Shown piece after piece: positions 23,391-36,934 of a stretch of 64,000 nt of DNA. The first letter of the stretch is position 1. The number at the start of each line of letters is the position of its first letter. Source of the stretch: Mobula hypostoma (Eukaryota). Location of the stretch: the NCBI RefSeq assembly GCF_963921235.1, contig NC_086109.1, positions 21,640,001 to 21,704,000 on the forward strand, in the 5' to 3' direction. The position numbers and the translations under genes were made by a program. The notes below the pieces were generated by a model. It saw only the letters and a list, made by a program, of their open reading frames with translations. It was not told the origin of the DNA and ran no database searches.

Positions 23391-25412
23391 GAAACCATAG
23401 AAACCATAGAAACTACAGCACAGAAACAGGCCTTTTGGCCCTTCTTGGCTGTGCCGAACCATTTTCTGCCTAGTCCCACTGACCTGCACATGGACCATAT
23501 CCCTCCATACATCTCCCATCCATGTATCTGTCCAATTTATTCTTAAATGTCAAAAAAGAACCTACATTTACCACCTCGTCTGGCAGCTCATTCCATACTC
23601 CCACCACTCTCTGTGTGAAGAAACCCCCACTAATGTTCCCTTTAAATTTTTCCCCCCTCACCCTTAACCCATGTCCCCTGGTTTTTTTCTCCCCTTGCCT
23701 CAGTGGAAAAAGCCTGCTTGCATTCATTCTATCTATACCCATCATAATTTTATATACCTCTATCAAATCTCCCCTCATTCTGCTACGCACCAGGGAATTA
23801 AGTCCTAACCTATTCAACCTTTCTCTGTAACTGAGTTTCTCAAGTCCCAGCAACATCCTTGTAAACCTTCTCTGCACTCTTTCAACCTTATTAATATCCT
23901 TCCTGTAATTTGGTGACCAAAACTGAACACAATACTCCAGATTCGGCCTCACCAATGCCTTATACAACCTCATCATAACATTCCAGCTCTTATACTCAAT
24001 ACTTTGATTAATAAAGGCCAATGTACAAACAGCTCTCTTTACAACCCTATCTACCTGTGATGCTACTTTTAGGGAATTTTGTATCTGTATTCCCAGATCC
24101 CTCTGTTCCACTGCACTCCTCAGTGCCTTACCATTAACCCTGTATGTTCTACCTTGGTTTGTCCTTCCAACATGCAATACCTCACACTTGTCTGTATTAA
24201 ACTCCATCTGCCATTTTTCAGCCCATTTTTCCAGCTGGTCCAAGTCCCTCTGCAGGCTCTGAAAACCTTCCTCACTGTCTACTACACCTCCAATCTTTGT
24301 ATCATCAGCAAATTTGCTGATCCAATATACCACATTATCATCCAGATCATTGATATAGATGACAAATAACAATGGACTCAGCACTGATCCCTGTGGCACA
24401 ACACTAGTCACTCGGAGAAGCAATTCTCTACTACCACTCTTTGGCTTCTTCCATTGAGCCAATGTCTAATCCAATTTACCACCTCTCCATGTATACCTAG
24501 CGACTGAATTTTCCTAACTAACCTCCCATGCGGGACCTTGTCAAAGGCCTTACTGAAGTCCATGTAGACAATATCCACTGCCTTCTCTTCATCCACTTTC
24601 CTGGTAACCTCCTCGAAAAACTCCAATAGATTAGTCAAACATGACCTACCACGCACAAAGCCATGTTGACTCTCCCTAATAAGTCCCAGTCTATCCAAAT
24701 GCTTGTAGATTCTGTCTCTGAGTACTCCCTCCGATAACTTATCTACTACCGATGTTAAACTTACTGGCCTGTAATTTCCCGGATTACTTTTCGATCCTTT
24801 TTTAAACAACGGAAAACATGAGCCACTCTCCAATCCTCCGGCACCTCACCTGTAGACAGCGACATTTTAAATATTTCAGCCAGGGCCCCTGCAATTTCAA
24901 CACTAGTCTCCTTCAAGGTCCGAGGGAACACTCTGTCAGGTCCCGGGGATTTATCCACTTTAATTTTCCTCAAGACAGCAAGGACCTCCTCCTTTTCGAT
25001 CTGTACAGATTCCATGATCTCACGACTTGTTTCCCCTAATTCCATAGACTTCATGCCAGTTTCCTTAGTAAATACAGACGCCAAAAACCTATTTAAGATC
25101 TCCCCCATTTCCTTTGGTTCCGCACATAGCCGACCACTCTGATCTTCAAGAGGACCAATTTTATCCCTTACAATCCTTTTGCTCTTAATATACCTGTAAA
25201 AACTCTTTGGATTATCCTTCACTTTGACTGCCAAGGCAACCTCATGTCTTCTTTTAGCCCTCCTGATTTCTTTCTTAAGTATTTTCTTGCACTTCTTATA
25301 CTCCTCAAGCACCTTATTTACTCCCTGCTTCCTATACATGTCATACAACTCCCTCTTCTTCTTTATCAGAGTTGCAATATCCCTTGAGAACCAAGGTTCC
25401 TTATTCCTATTC
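23391..25412 (-). mobile_element. CR1 LINE, 5'-truncated, young
   Basis: KSPGPD, NYRPVSLTSVV, YMDFSKAFDKVPH, PQGSVLSPLLFVIYINDLD, KFADDTK, LVRPNLEYCVQFWSP; (GTTTCTATG)n tail at 23391-23413. Confidence 0.93.
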
Positions 25413-26907
25413 ACTTTGTAAAAACCTTCAACCTTTACTGCATCTGGATTTGAGTATTCTAGTACATCTCCACATAGTACTCCGATTCCCTTGCTCTGGA
25501 AAAATGAAGTCATTCAAAGCTTTTTTGCCAGATTTAAAGCCTCGTGTTCGTGCATTGCTTTCGGTTAAACAGTACCTTAATTTTATAAACTCTCAGCTCT
25601 CTGCACTCCTCCAACTCAAGATCACCAATTTTAATTCTCCACCGACAGTGGCCAAACCCTTTGCTGGCAAGCCATTAAACTCTAGAATGCAAAGTTGTTC
25701 ATCTGCCCTGTTTTCTCCTTTATAAAACTCAGTGTCAAAGTTTCTTTGAGAACTCTCCCTTGGGATACCTCACTACATTAGAAATGTTATATAAATAAGT
25801 AATTGTCATTGTTGTTACACAAAACTGTCAGACTGAATTAGGTCCCAAAGTGATAGAACACAAAGGTGGTGGCATATTTCGGTTTAGAGTCACATTCGCT
25901 TTTCCGATATGTTACTTGTTTCATTTCATTTGGAGGATTAGATTAGCACCAGATTGACCACATTCTGGATTTATAAATCATGAGGCATCAACACAAACAG
26001 CAATCTGTTAGGAGCTGTACCAAGAGATGTGTAAATGATGATTTTACCCCATTGCCCTGAATCTGAACTCTGAACAATGTGTATTGAAAAATTGCTAGTA
26101 ATTAATTATTCAGTTATGGCTCAGCTTGCACAAAACTACCAATAAAGCAAATAAAGAGGCAAGAAGGTTATTGATCATTTGAATATAACTATCATAAATG
26201 AGCACCTCAACTTTATCATGGTTTGGAGGCTTGTGTGCCTCAGTGATCCGGAGAGACACGTTGGCTTGAGTTGACGTGATGAAGGAAGTCTTGAACACCA
26301 CCAGGGATGGAGAACCTTCACTGCTGCCCTAAAAGCCAGCAGCATAACAGACAATAAGCTATTTGAAGGTCAGGTTACCAGATCTGGTGCGAAATTCATG
26401 TTCTGCTAGCCATCAGTGATTCCTGCCCTCCCATATGTATCAGAGACTCAAGCTACCTACAGCAGGAATCTCAAGCCACAAGAAAGGTACTACTAATGTC
26501 CTTTTCACCAGTCCTCCAGATTCAATGGGAGGAAAAATGAATCAACAAGTATGTCCTCCTCCTGCTCAACATCCCCAACCTTCAGCTTATGTTGAGCAGA
26601 CCATGTCACCTGACATCGAGTTTCTGAAATGGATGGTTGATTCTGACCTCTGTCATAGGAAGATGAGGGAAAAAGACTCGAAAGATTGCCCAAAGCCTCC
26701 TTTAGAAATGTAACATCCCCATGGAATCCTGGAATTCTCAGGTCCATGACTCCTCAAAGGGAGGAAAGCAGCATTTGGGATGGTATTAAGATCTACGAAT
26801 GTATGCATCAGCAACGTACCCTGCATAAGTGGTGAAATCAGTACTCCACCTCATAAATCACTCACTTACCTGCTCTTTTAGTTACTTCTTGCCTCATCTC
26901 AAGTCTG

Positions 26908-27775
26908 TGGAGGAACTTAGCAGGTCAGGTAGCATTTATGGAAATGAAAAAGCAGTTGACATTTCAGGCTGAGATCCTTCTTCAGTACTGAGAAGGAAGG
27001 GGGAAGATGCCAAAATAAAAAGGTGGGGGGCGGCGGTGGAAGGAGGCTAGCTGGAAGGTGATAGGTGAGGCCAGGTGGGTGAGAAAGATCAAGGGCTAGC
27101 GAAGAACGAATCTGGTAGGAGAGGAGAGTGGACCATGGGGGAAAGGGAAGGAGGAGGGGATGTAGGGGGAATTAATAGGCAGGCAAGAAGAGGTAAAAGG
27201 TCAAAGTGGGGACTAGAGGAAGATAGAGGGTGGGAATTTGTTTACCGGAAGGAGAAATCAATATTCATGCCACCAGGTTGGAGGCTACCCAGACGAAATA
27301 TAAGGCATTGTTCCTCCACCCTGAGGGTGGCCTCATCTTGGCACAAGAGGAGGACATGTACTGACATGTCAGAACAGGAATGGGAATCAGAATTAAAATA
27401 TTTGGCCATTGGGAAACCCCACTTGTGGTGAATGGTGCAGAGGTGCTCTACGAAGTGGTCCCCAAATTTACAATGGGTCTTACCAATGCAGAGGAGGGCA
27501 CATCAGGAGCACCAGGCGCAATAGACAACCCTAGCAGATTCACAGGTGAAGTGTTGTCTCACCTGGAAGGACTATTTGGGGCTCTGAATGGAGGTGAGGG
27601 AGAAGGTGAATGGGCAGGTGTAGCACTTAGGCCACTTACTGGAATAAGTGCCGGGATGGAGATTAGTGGGGAGGGATGAATGGACAAGGGAATCGTGGAG
27701 GGAGTGATCCCTCCAGAAAGTGGAGAGTTGGGGGAAGGCGGTAAAGGTATGTTTAGTGACAGGATCCCTTTGGAA
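26908..27775 (-). mobile_element. Penelope-like 3' fragment (different, older subfamily)
   Basis: RDHSLHDSLVHSSLPTNLHPGTY and degraded GIY-YIG; degenerate hammerhead cagta-ctgaaga-agg-atctcag-cct-gaaa at 26953-26990. Confidence 0.8.
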
Positions 27776-28149
27776 TCTACATTTCCCTTTGTTGGGTCTC
27801 ATCAAAGACCACAGCACAGAGCAAGTCTTGGCACTAAAGTATTAGTGAGACAGTGTGAAGTTCATCCTTTATGTCTTCTCAAATACAAGTACAATATGTG
27901 TCAAATACAATGTAAAGTGTACCCAATATTTTTGAACAATATAGAAATACCCATATGAGCCCACCAGTCCAAGCTAATACCACTGAATTAATTCTACCAA
28001 CATAACCTTCAGTTTGTTTCTCCAGCTTTGCTTATCTAGCATTTCCCTAAGTTCATCTGTATGGTTCACCTCAGTTATTATTTGTGGCGGCAGGCTCTAT
28101 ATTTTGACTACTAGAAGTAGTGCGATCACTCAAATCGCGTGTGAAGTTT

Positions 28150-28545
28150 TCCTAAGGAGCTGTCTTCCAGGATATTGAGGTGGATTCCCTTAACGGAGAA
28201 CACCTGTGCGTGGCTTTGTTTAACCTGGTGAGACTGATGCACAGGCAGCATCTCATGGTCCTAGACGGATCGGAGTCAGGGTCGCGTGGAATCGAGGGCA
28301 AGACAACGTTTCACAGCTGCAGCCTTCCTCCACCTTCCCTGCCATTGTGATGAGTCATCATCTTCTGCCAGCTCCACCACTGAGGTGTCGGTTTGGGTCG
28401 CCCTTTGGCTGGAGACTCTTCCTTGACTTTAGCACCATGGTGTCTCTACCAAGAGCTAAGGGCCAAATAGCTAAACTCCAGATGATATCACTTTCGGGAT
28501 CTCAGGTATCCACAAGCCTCTCCGCAACAATAGGGTGATGATTGT
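28150..28545 (-). mobile_element. RTE 5'-UTR-like non-coding repeat
   Basis: ggagaggcttgtggatacctgagatcc motif, related to 26225 and 44797 (ggaggcttgygtgcytca). Confidence 0.4.
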
Positions 28546-29449
28546 CAGAGAAGAAATTTTGACTACCATCTCAATAAAGAAGGAATGTCTGAATCTCTTA
28601 TATGATTTCATGATGACCAGTTCATATTGATAGCCTGTAACATGTGCCAATGTCAACAGCTTTCATAGTTCTGACAATCTCCGTCAGGTTATTTGCCAGC
28701 CTTCCCTTTTTGAAAGTAAGCAGGCTTTTTAATCTTTCCCGACAGATACAGCCTCTCAGTATTGGTAAAGGAAAAGAAGCATCCTAAAGGGAGGATGGGG
28801 CACCATGACTGACAAAGAAAGCTGACAATGGAAGTAAAGATATAAAAGCAAAAGAGAGGGTATCCAATATTGCAAAAATTAGCAGGAAGTACTTCAAGAT
28901 CCCCTTGCTCCTCTGACATTTTCAAATCATTTTTTCTAGTAATGCGAGCTTCAGTAATACCTCATAGTTACTAATGTTGAAATTCACTGGTTTTTCATCC
29001 CATCTGGCAGCTCTATGAGTAATGTCTTGTAATTCTTTGCTTCATTTTCAATATTAACTGTTCTCAGCCCCAAAGCTAATATAGAACAAATTTGAGTTCA
29101 AGCTCTAAATCATTGATAGAGATTTTTGAACGTTAGAAAGTCCAGAAATGAGCCTTGTGAGGCCCACCTTCCACCATCTGGCACTTTTAAAATGCTGCTC
29201 TTTGACCTCTGCCTTCTCTCTGCTTTCTCCTCTACAGTTGGCAAACTCCCCATTCAATTACTTGCCCTTGCTGATTGTATTTATCAGCAGATTTGGTCTG
29301 TCTTCTCAAACACCTTGCATAATGCAGACTTACTCATCCACTGTATCCTCATCTATTTTATCTGTTACATCTTCAAATCATGTTATCATTCTAATTTATT
29401 CTTGGAAAGGACTTTATTGCCTTTTCCACCTCAAAAAAGTTAAGCTGGG

Positions 29450-29885
29450 AGCTGTCCCAGGAAAATCTCTCACACAACTTAGGTACAGAGTAAATTTTCC
29501 TCTACATTAATTTATCAATCCAGGCTGGATACAGCATGGATTGAATAATGTTTGATGCTTCGTTGCATGTTCCAGTGGTAGCAGAGTGCAGCACAGTGAA
29601 GGCAGAGTAAATCTAACCGTATAAATCCATCAATTGCTCCCAGTGAAGGTATGGTACATGCTATAAACAGAGAAAAAGAGCACTTTGTGCCGTTGCATCA
29701 ACATTCCCAGAAGAGCGAAAACAAATGATACACAGTGAGTAGAGCTTGTTCTTCTCTGTCCCATCAGTCATCTACTTTGCAGATACAACAATGGACGGAT
29801 TCAAAGTAAAACTTGCTGTACACCCCATAAAACATTCTCAGGGCAAGTAGAACAATTATGATGTAACATCTCTCTGGGACTGTAG
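29450..29885. repeat. Decayed ~65-67 bp tandem array
   Basis: cagagtaaa-like anchors at 29486, 29603, 29668, 29735, 29802, most followed by catcaa...cccag-like words. Confidence 0.55.
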
Positions 29886-30319
29886 CTTCATGTTCACAAC
29901 ATGCTGAGTGGTAAAATGCACAGCAGCAGTAAAATAAGTGGTCTTGAACTACTTATTTAATTTATTTTATATACACTGTATAGTTTTTATTGTAATTTAT
30001 AGTTTAATTTATATATCGCACTGAGCTGCTGCCACAAAGCAAGTTTCATGATATATATCATTGATAATGAATATGATTCTGATGTGGGGAGGGCTCCCAA
30101 GCTCCAGAGAGGCACGCCTGCATACCCACACACACAAACACACAAATGCATACATGTGTATGCACACAGATACACACGCAAACACACACACACGTACTCA
30201 TAAACAATACACACATGATTAAATCTGTCATACAGGTGATTTCACTTACTAAACTACAGCATATTACACTACTTCCTCCATCTCAATAATAAAAAGGAAA
30301 AAACAGTACTAGTCTAAGG

Positions 30320-30545
30320 TAGCCTTCAAATTTAGCGTAATGGTATTGCGCGCCAGCAATCTGGGTTCAATTCTGTCATTATCTGTAAACAGTTCGAACA
30401 TCTCCATCATGACCATGTGGGTTTCCTCAGGGGACCCTGGTTTTCTCCCACATTCTAAAGACTTATAAGTTAGTAAGTTAATTGGCCACATGGGTGTAAT
30501 TGGACTGTGTGGGCATGGTGACCTGGAAGTGCCTGTTAATAAAAT
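30320..30545 (+). mobile_element. V-domain SINE
   Basis: tagcgtaatggt...gggttcaattc boxes; catgtgggtttcctcaggggaccctggttttctcccacattc. Confidence 0.6.
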
Positions 30546-32363
30546 ACAAAAGCAAACTAAATATTTTCATATTTATGCAATTACCTGGATTTTGAATTAT
30601 TTCTGTTCTTTATAAATGTAATGTTAATTTGTATTATTGTATACTAGTATAAAGCACTGCGTTGCTTTTGGAAACTCAGCAGAGGCTGTTGATGTGGCAT
30701 CCTTAAATTTCTTAAGTGTATTGATTGTTTTTGTTGGCATTTTTTAACCATAATTAATTTGTGCCAACATGGGATTGCTCCAGTTGGTGAAGAACTTCAC
30801 TTCTGCCAGTTCCGTACATGGATGCTATGATTTGGGCAAAGATGCTCTTCATTGTCTGTGGATCATTTGAGAGTTACCTTTGAGAGTCATATCTATTTTA
30901 AAAAACCAAGCTACTCATTTTTTTTACCGGCCCTTCATGTCAATAAAAATTACTCAAATTCACCCCTACTTGACTTCACTTGGAGTGGCACCTGTTCAGG
31001 CTTGCAAAAAATTGCTCAGGATTTGGATTAATGCATATGTGAACTTTATGCCCTCAACGTTTGTTCATGAGTCTTCGAACAAATTCGCCTGAAAGCTCAG
31101 CTAGACATGGTTGTAGAGTGCTCACATAAAATACATTCCTCCAATCCATTTTTAGTTCTTTATGCTTACCGTTTCCTAAGTGAATTAGTTTATTGATGTA
31201 GATATTTAATATAATTGGTAGATATGCATATGGGCCATTCTGAGAAACTACACACCACATCTGGCCAGGAGATTTTAGTGTATCACCAGATAAGCCTTCA
31301 AATTTAGCATGCTTTTTTAGTTAATAGCATTTGCTGCACTTCTTGGTGTACATAATCAAATAAGCTGCAGTTATATTGCTGTTAATATCCATATACTGGT
31401 CAATAACTTTCACTTCAATTTAAAATTTGCTGCATTTCCCATTACTGCTGTTAGTGAATATTTATCTCTTTGAGTCTCATTCTTCACATTGCCCATTAGC
31501 TTCAAGTTTTCCTTTGTGGCATTCTTCTATTGTTCTCCTGCAGTGAGTTAAGTTTTATTTTCCTTTCCATTGTCATTGCCAACCAAGAGTTCAATTACTT
31601 TCAGAGTGAGTAGAATAATACATGAAAAACTTAAGAAAAGCTTAAAGCTCTTATTGACTTGAGGTCCTCAGATTGTACACATATACACAGTACACACAAA
31701 TTCTGATACATCAGTTGTAGTCATCATGCCTATTTACATTTGCTACAAAAAATAAGCAAATACACTCAGTCGCCACTTTATTAGGTACTTCCTGGAAATA
31801 ATGAAGTGGCCACAGAGTGTATGTTCGGGGACTTCTGCCTCTGTTGCCCATCCACTTCAAGGTTCAACGTGTTGTGCATTCAGAGATGCTCTTCTGCTCA
31901 CCACTGTTGTTACGCGTGACTATTTGAGTCACAGTCACCTTCCTGTCAGCTTGAACCAGTCTAGTCATTCTCCTCCGAAGTCTCTCATTAACAAAGCGTT
32001 TACAAGATTCAAGGTTAAAGATTGTTTAATATAATTTCCATGACACAAGTGTGACGGAGAACAAAATATTTGTTACTCTGGATCCGACGTGGCACAAGAG
32101 AAACAGAATAAGATTTTAAAAACACAATAATATAAAAAACAAATATAAATACGTAAGATAGCATATCATAGGCTGATTGTATGTCCATAAAATGAGGTTA
32201 GGCACAGAAGTGTCTGTAAATAAGGTGGCTATGACAGAAAATGATAAAGTAGTGGTGGTGGGGGCTTTGGAGGGGTGGGTTAGTGGGTGGGGGTTCCTTA
32301 CTGCTTGAGGAAAGTAACTTCTTTTGAGTCTGGTGCTCCTGGCGTGGATGCTATGTAGCCTCC

Positions 32364-32560
32364 TGTTGTAAGTGAGGAAACAGATTCAATAGGTCTCAAA
32401 GGCGAGGGCTCTGGACACGGTCTTGGTAGTAAAGGATTTTATTTACAGAAGGCAAACGTGGGAAAATGGCAACACAAGCAACATGCACACGCACACAATT
32501 TACAGTAGTTGGATCAGCAATAAAGCACACGTGGACAATTAATAAAATCGCGTGGGAACA

Positions 32561-32601
<41 letters not shown>

Positions 32602-33036
32602 ACCAAGGGAAAAGTCAATATGATACCTGACACCCTTGACTCTGTGTGGGCATGGTTCTTATGATATTAGGGACGATACCCACACCCCTAACCCTATTCA
32701 ATGCACAACTCACCAACGGCAGGGTTGTGTGTCTCTCGGAGGTAGCAAAATAGAGAAAGGGTCAAGCGCATGTGGCTTCCTTTATAGTGCAGCAGGGCTG
32801 ATGAGTCCAGCCCAGGTGATTCACAGGGAAGCCAATGGCTCAGTGCCAGCAGGGTGAAGCTGATTACAAAGGCCAATCGCCCAAGGTCAAGTACAAGGCT
32901 AATTAAAGGGGCCAATGGTTAGGTGTGCATTGATGGGCAAGGAGGGGGTCAAACCTTGATTGGCAAGTGGCATGTCTTTCGACCAGGTAAATGGGCAGTG
33001 CTGTCACGTGACAGTCACGACCCCTCCAATACACCA
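32364..33036 (-). mobile_element. Solo LTR (673 bp)
   Basis: Termini tgttgta / tacacca; 5-bp TSD cctcc/cctgc; minus-strand TATAAA (~32781-32786) and AATAAA (~32438-32443); removal restores LINE codons LPSGRRLHSIH. Confidence 0.75.
32564..32600. repeat. (CA)n microsatellite inside the LTR
   Basis: Direct read. Confidence 0.95.
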
Positions 33037-33882
33037 CCTGCTTCCTGATGGGAGCAGGACAAACAGTCCGTGACCAGGGTGAGGTGGGATCCTTCCTGGT
33101 GCCCTTTTCCGGCACCTTTCTGTATATATATGCCCCTGATGGCGTGCAGGCTGGTGCCAGCGATGCATTGGGCTCTTTTGACTACCCGTTGTAGAGACTT
33201 CCTGTCTGCTGCAGTGCAGCTTCCATAGCATGCAGTGATGCAGCAGGGTAGGATGCTCTCTACTGCGCATCTGTAGAAGGACATGAGTATTGATGTGCAT
33301 TGTCCAGCTCTCTCCAACTTCCTCAGGCGTTGGTGAGCTTTCCTGTTGGTGTAGGATGTGCTCTGACCATGAGAGGTCATGTATGATGTGCACTCCCAGG
33401 AATTAGAAACTGCTCACGATTTCCACTGGTGTACAGAGGGGTGTGAAAGGTGCGAGTTCGCCCGAAGTTGATGACTTTGCTTTTCTTTTATTGACATTGA
33501 GGAATGGTATTTACCTGGCCCCTGGCCTTGAGCTCGTCCACCTCCTCTCTGTAGGCTGTCTCATTACTGTTGGTGATGAGCCCCACCACTGTCATGTCAT
33601 CGGCAATCTTGACAATGTGATTACTTGGCTGTTTAGCCGTTTAGTCATGTGTGAGCAGAGTGTACAGCAAAGGGCTCTGCACACAGTCCTGGGAGGCACC
33701 CGCGTTGAGGGTGATAGGGAGGGAGGAGCTGTTTGCATCCTAACTATCTGAGGTCTGTTCGTTAGGAAGTCCAATACCCCATTGAACAGACTGAGCTTGT
33801 TCAACAAGGTCTATGGGATAATAGTGTTGAAAGTTGAACTGAAATCCAGAAACAGCATTCTGACATAAGTGCCCTTGTTTTT

Positions 33883-35200
33883 GAATTAAATTGACTGTAT
33901 TTATTACATCCTTCACATACGTGAGGAGTAAAAAATCTTTATGTTACTTCTCCATCTGAATGTGCAAATTATAGTAATTTGTAATAAATAGCATGTACAG
34001 TAAGATGTACAACAGAACAATCAATATAGCTTAGAAATACAATTGTGTCAGTGTGAATTAATCAGCCTGATGGCCTGGTGGAAGAAGCTGTCCTGGAACC
34101 TGTTGGTCCTGGTTTTTATGCTGCGGTACTGTTTCCCCGAGGGTAGCAGCAGGAACAGTTTGTGGTTGGGGTGACCCAGGTCCCCGATGATCCTTCAGGC
34201 CCTTTTTACACACCTGCCGCTGTAAATGTCCTGAATAGTGGGAAGTTCACATCTATAGATGTGCAGGGCTGTCCACACCACTCTCTGAAGAACCCTGCGA
34301 TTGAGGAAAGTACAGTTCCCATACCAGGCAGTGATACAGCCAGTCAGGATGCTCTCAATTGTGCCCCTGTAGAAAGTCCTTAGGATTTGGGGACTCATGC
34401 CAAACTTCTTCAACCAACTGAGATGAAAGAGGCGCTGTTGTGCTTTTTTCACCACACAGCCGGTATGTACAAACCGCATGAGATCCTCAGTGATGTGTAT
34501 GCCGAGGAACTTAAAGCTGTTCACCCTCTCAGCCCCAGATCCAGTGATGTCAATACGGGTTAGCCTGTCTCCATTCCTCCTGTAGTCCACAACCAGCTCC
34601 TTTGTGTTTGCGACATTAAGGGAGAGGTTGTTTCTTGGCACCACTGTGTCAGGGTGATGACTTTTTCTCTGTAGACTGCCTCGTTATTATTTGAGATAAG
34701 GCTAATCAATGTAGTGTTATCTGCAAATTTAATTAGCGGATTGGAGCTGTGGGCAGCGACACAGTCATGGGTGTACAGAGAGTAAAGGAGGGGGCTTAGG
34801 ACACAGCCCTGGGATGTTCCTGTATTGAGGGTCAGAGGGGCAGAGGTGAAGGAGCCCACTCTTACCACCTGTTGGCGATCTAACAGGAAGTCCAGGATCC
34901 AGCTGCACAAGGCAGGGTGAAGGCCGAGATCTCTGAGCTTCTTGTCAAGCCTGGAGGGAATTACGGTGTTGAATGCTGAACTGTAGTCCAAGAACAGCAT
35001 TCTCACATAAGCATCTCTCCTCTCCAGGTATGTTAGGACGGTATGTAGAGCTATGGCAATTGCGTTATCTGTCAATGGTTGTGTCGGTAGGTGAATTGTA
35101 AGAGTCCAGTGTGGGTGGTAGCAAGCTGCAGATGTAGTCTTTGACCAGCTTCTCAAAGCATTTGCTTATTATTGAGTTGAGTGCAACAGGACGCCACAAG
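33883..35200 (-). mobile_element. Rex1/Babar LINE, second family, nested
   Basis: VRMLFLDYSSAFNTVIP, QGCVLSPLLYSLYTHDC, KKAQQRLFHL; close relative of 52310-54090. Confidence 0.88.
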
Positions 35201-36619
35201 GTGTGTGAGGGAGAGGTGTTCAGTGTGGCAGGAATAGAGTTTTTGATATGTGTCATTATCTGCCGTTCAAAGCACTTCATGGTGATTGGCATCAGTGCCA
35301 CTGGGTGGTAGTCATTTAGTTCAGAAGGTGTAGAGTTCTTTGGTACAGGGATGATGTGGGAACAGCAGCCTGGATGAGTGAAATGTTGAAGATATCCATG
35401 AAGGCATCAGTGTGCACGCTCCCTGAACACTCAGCCTGGGATGTTGTCTGGCCTGACCACCTTACAGCGGTTGGCTCTCTGCAGAGCCTTTTTCATGTCT
35501 GGTGCTGTTACAGACAGCAGCTGCTCATCTGAGAGAGGGGTAGCTTTTGTGGCTGGCATTTTGCTGCATACCCCGGAACGTGTATAAAAGTTGTTTAGAT
35601 TGTCAGGGAGGGAGCATTGCTGCTTCAGTCAACTCTGTTTTTCCTTGTACAGTCAGTAACACCCCTGATGCCCAGCCACGTATTCCAGGAGCTATAATCA
35701 GACAGGTCTTCCTGCATTTTATGTGCATATGCATTCTTTGCTGTCTTGATGGCTAAGATGAGGATTTTCTTGACTGCTCTGAGAGCTATTCTACCTCTAG
35801 ACTTGAAGGCATCCCACAGATCTGCCACTCACTGGATTATTTTTTTTTTTGTTTTTCGCACCATGTTCTGTAACTCTAGAGACTTATGTGTGAAAATCCC
35901 AGGAGATCAGCAGTTCCTGAGATACTCGAACCATTCCATCTGGCACCAACAATCATTCCATGGTCAAAGTTCTTCCCTGTTCTGATGACTTGTATGATCA
36001 GCCACTGAACCTCCTGACCATGTCTGCATGCTTTTTTGCATTGTGTTTCTGCCACATGATTGGATGATTGGATAGTAACACTAATGAGCAGGTGTACAAA
36101 TGTACTAAATAAAGTAACTACTGAGTGTATCTCCTAAAAGCACTGTGCATTGTTCTTTTACACTCTCAGATTAGATCAGTGATGGAAAGCTGTGATCTTT
36201 GTCCCACCAATCTATCTTCAGGCAGTTTGTAACGATGGACAGATATGTCATAGAACTTGTTGTATACTAACAACTACCTTGAACTTGAAGAATAAATGCG
36301 CCACTGACCTCATTGAGTATGTTTGCAACTTAGTGCCAATGAGAAGTAATTTGATGCTGAAGGCCCATAAGATCACAGATACCGTGCAAATGCATTTCAG
36401 GAGTTCTCTTGCAATCTGTGAATAGATGATATTTAATCCCTTTCAGTCTTGTTTAGAGTACGATCTGGTCTACTGAGGTAGAAGAGAAATATCTAACTTA
36501 CTGCACCAATCAGTGGCCAACACAGGAGACTATATTGAGTTTCTCAATCTAAAACATAACTTAGTATTGAGTCCAAAGAGCCTGTTTTGACATTAAATTA
36601 GATCAAGTATGATTTATGT

Positions 36620-36910
36620 AAACTCCGCCATGGCCATTCCCAAGCCTGTGCTGTGAAAGGAGGAGGATCGATTGTCTGCCTAGCAATTTGGCCTCATAAA
36701 ATCAATAAGCGCTACAGAAGCAGCAAGCAAAACTCCCAATGGATTCCGTCAGATGGCAAAAGGAGATGCAGAAGACCTAAGAAGACATGGCACAGAACCT
36801 CATGCAGAGTGATGCCAATGCCACTGCCAGTGACCATTCCAATTGGAAACAGCTTTCTACCCGATGCGCCAATTAAGACGTGGGAGGAACTAAGTCTAAG
36901 TAAGTAAGTC
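36620..36910 (+). mobile_element. Bipartite RTE-derived element with (TAAG)n tail
   Basis: WIPSDGKRRCRRPKKTWHRT RTE C-terminal motif; ends ctaagtctaagtaagtaagt. Confidence 0.6.
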
Positions 36911-36934
36911 CATTTATGTATCCTAACTCCAAAC

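Larger units (their letters stand above)
32005..35810 (-). mobile_element. Rex1/Babar LINE (same family as 2935-4380), interrupted
   Basis: [45 protein letters not shown]-like tail at ~32005-32030. Confidence 0.75.
31761..36129 (-). mobile_element. Tc1-like element (31761-~32003 plus ~35810-36129) hosting two LINEs and a solo LTR
   Basis: TIRs tacactcagtcgccactttattaggtac / gtactaaataaagtaactactgagtgta; interior is the reverse complement of 14403-14954. Confidence 0.75.

Noticed and set aside
29450..29885. CRISPR-like repeat-spacer array (~66-bp period)
   Set aside because: Vertebrate context, no identical repeats, similarity spread across the whole unit, no cas genes
32793..32815. gggCTGATGAGtccagccc resembling a hammerhead core inside the solo LTR
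   Set aside because: No stem II closure or downstream GAAA; it is a simple gggctg/cagccc hairpin
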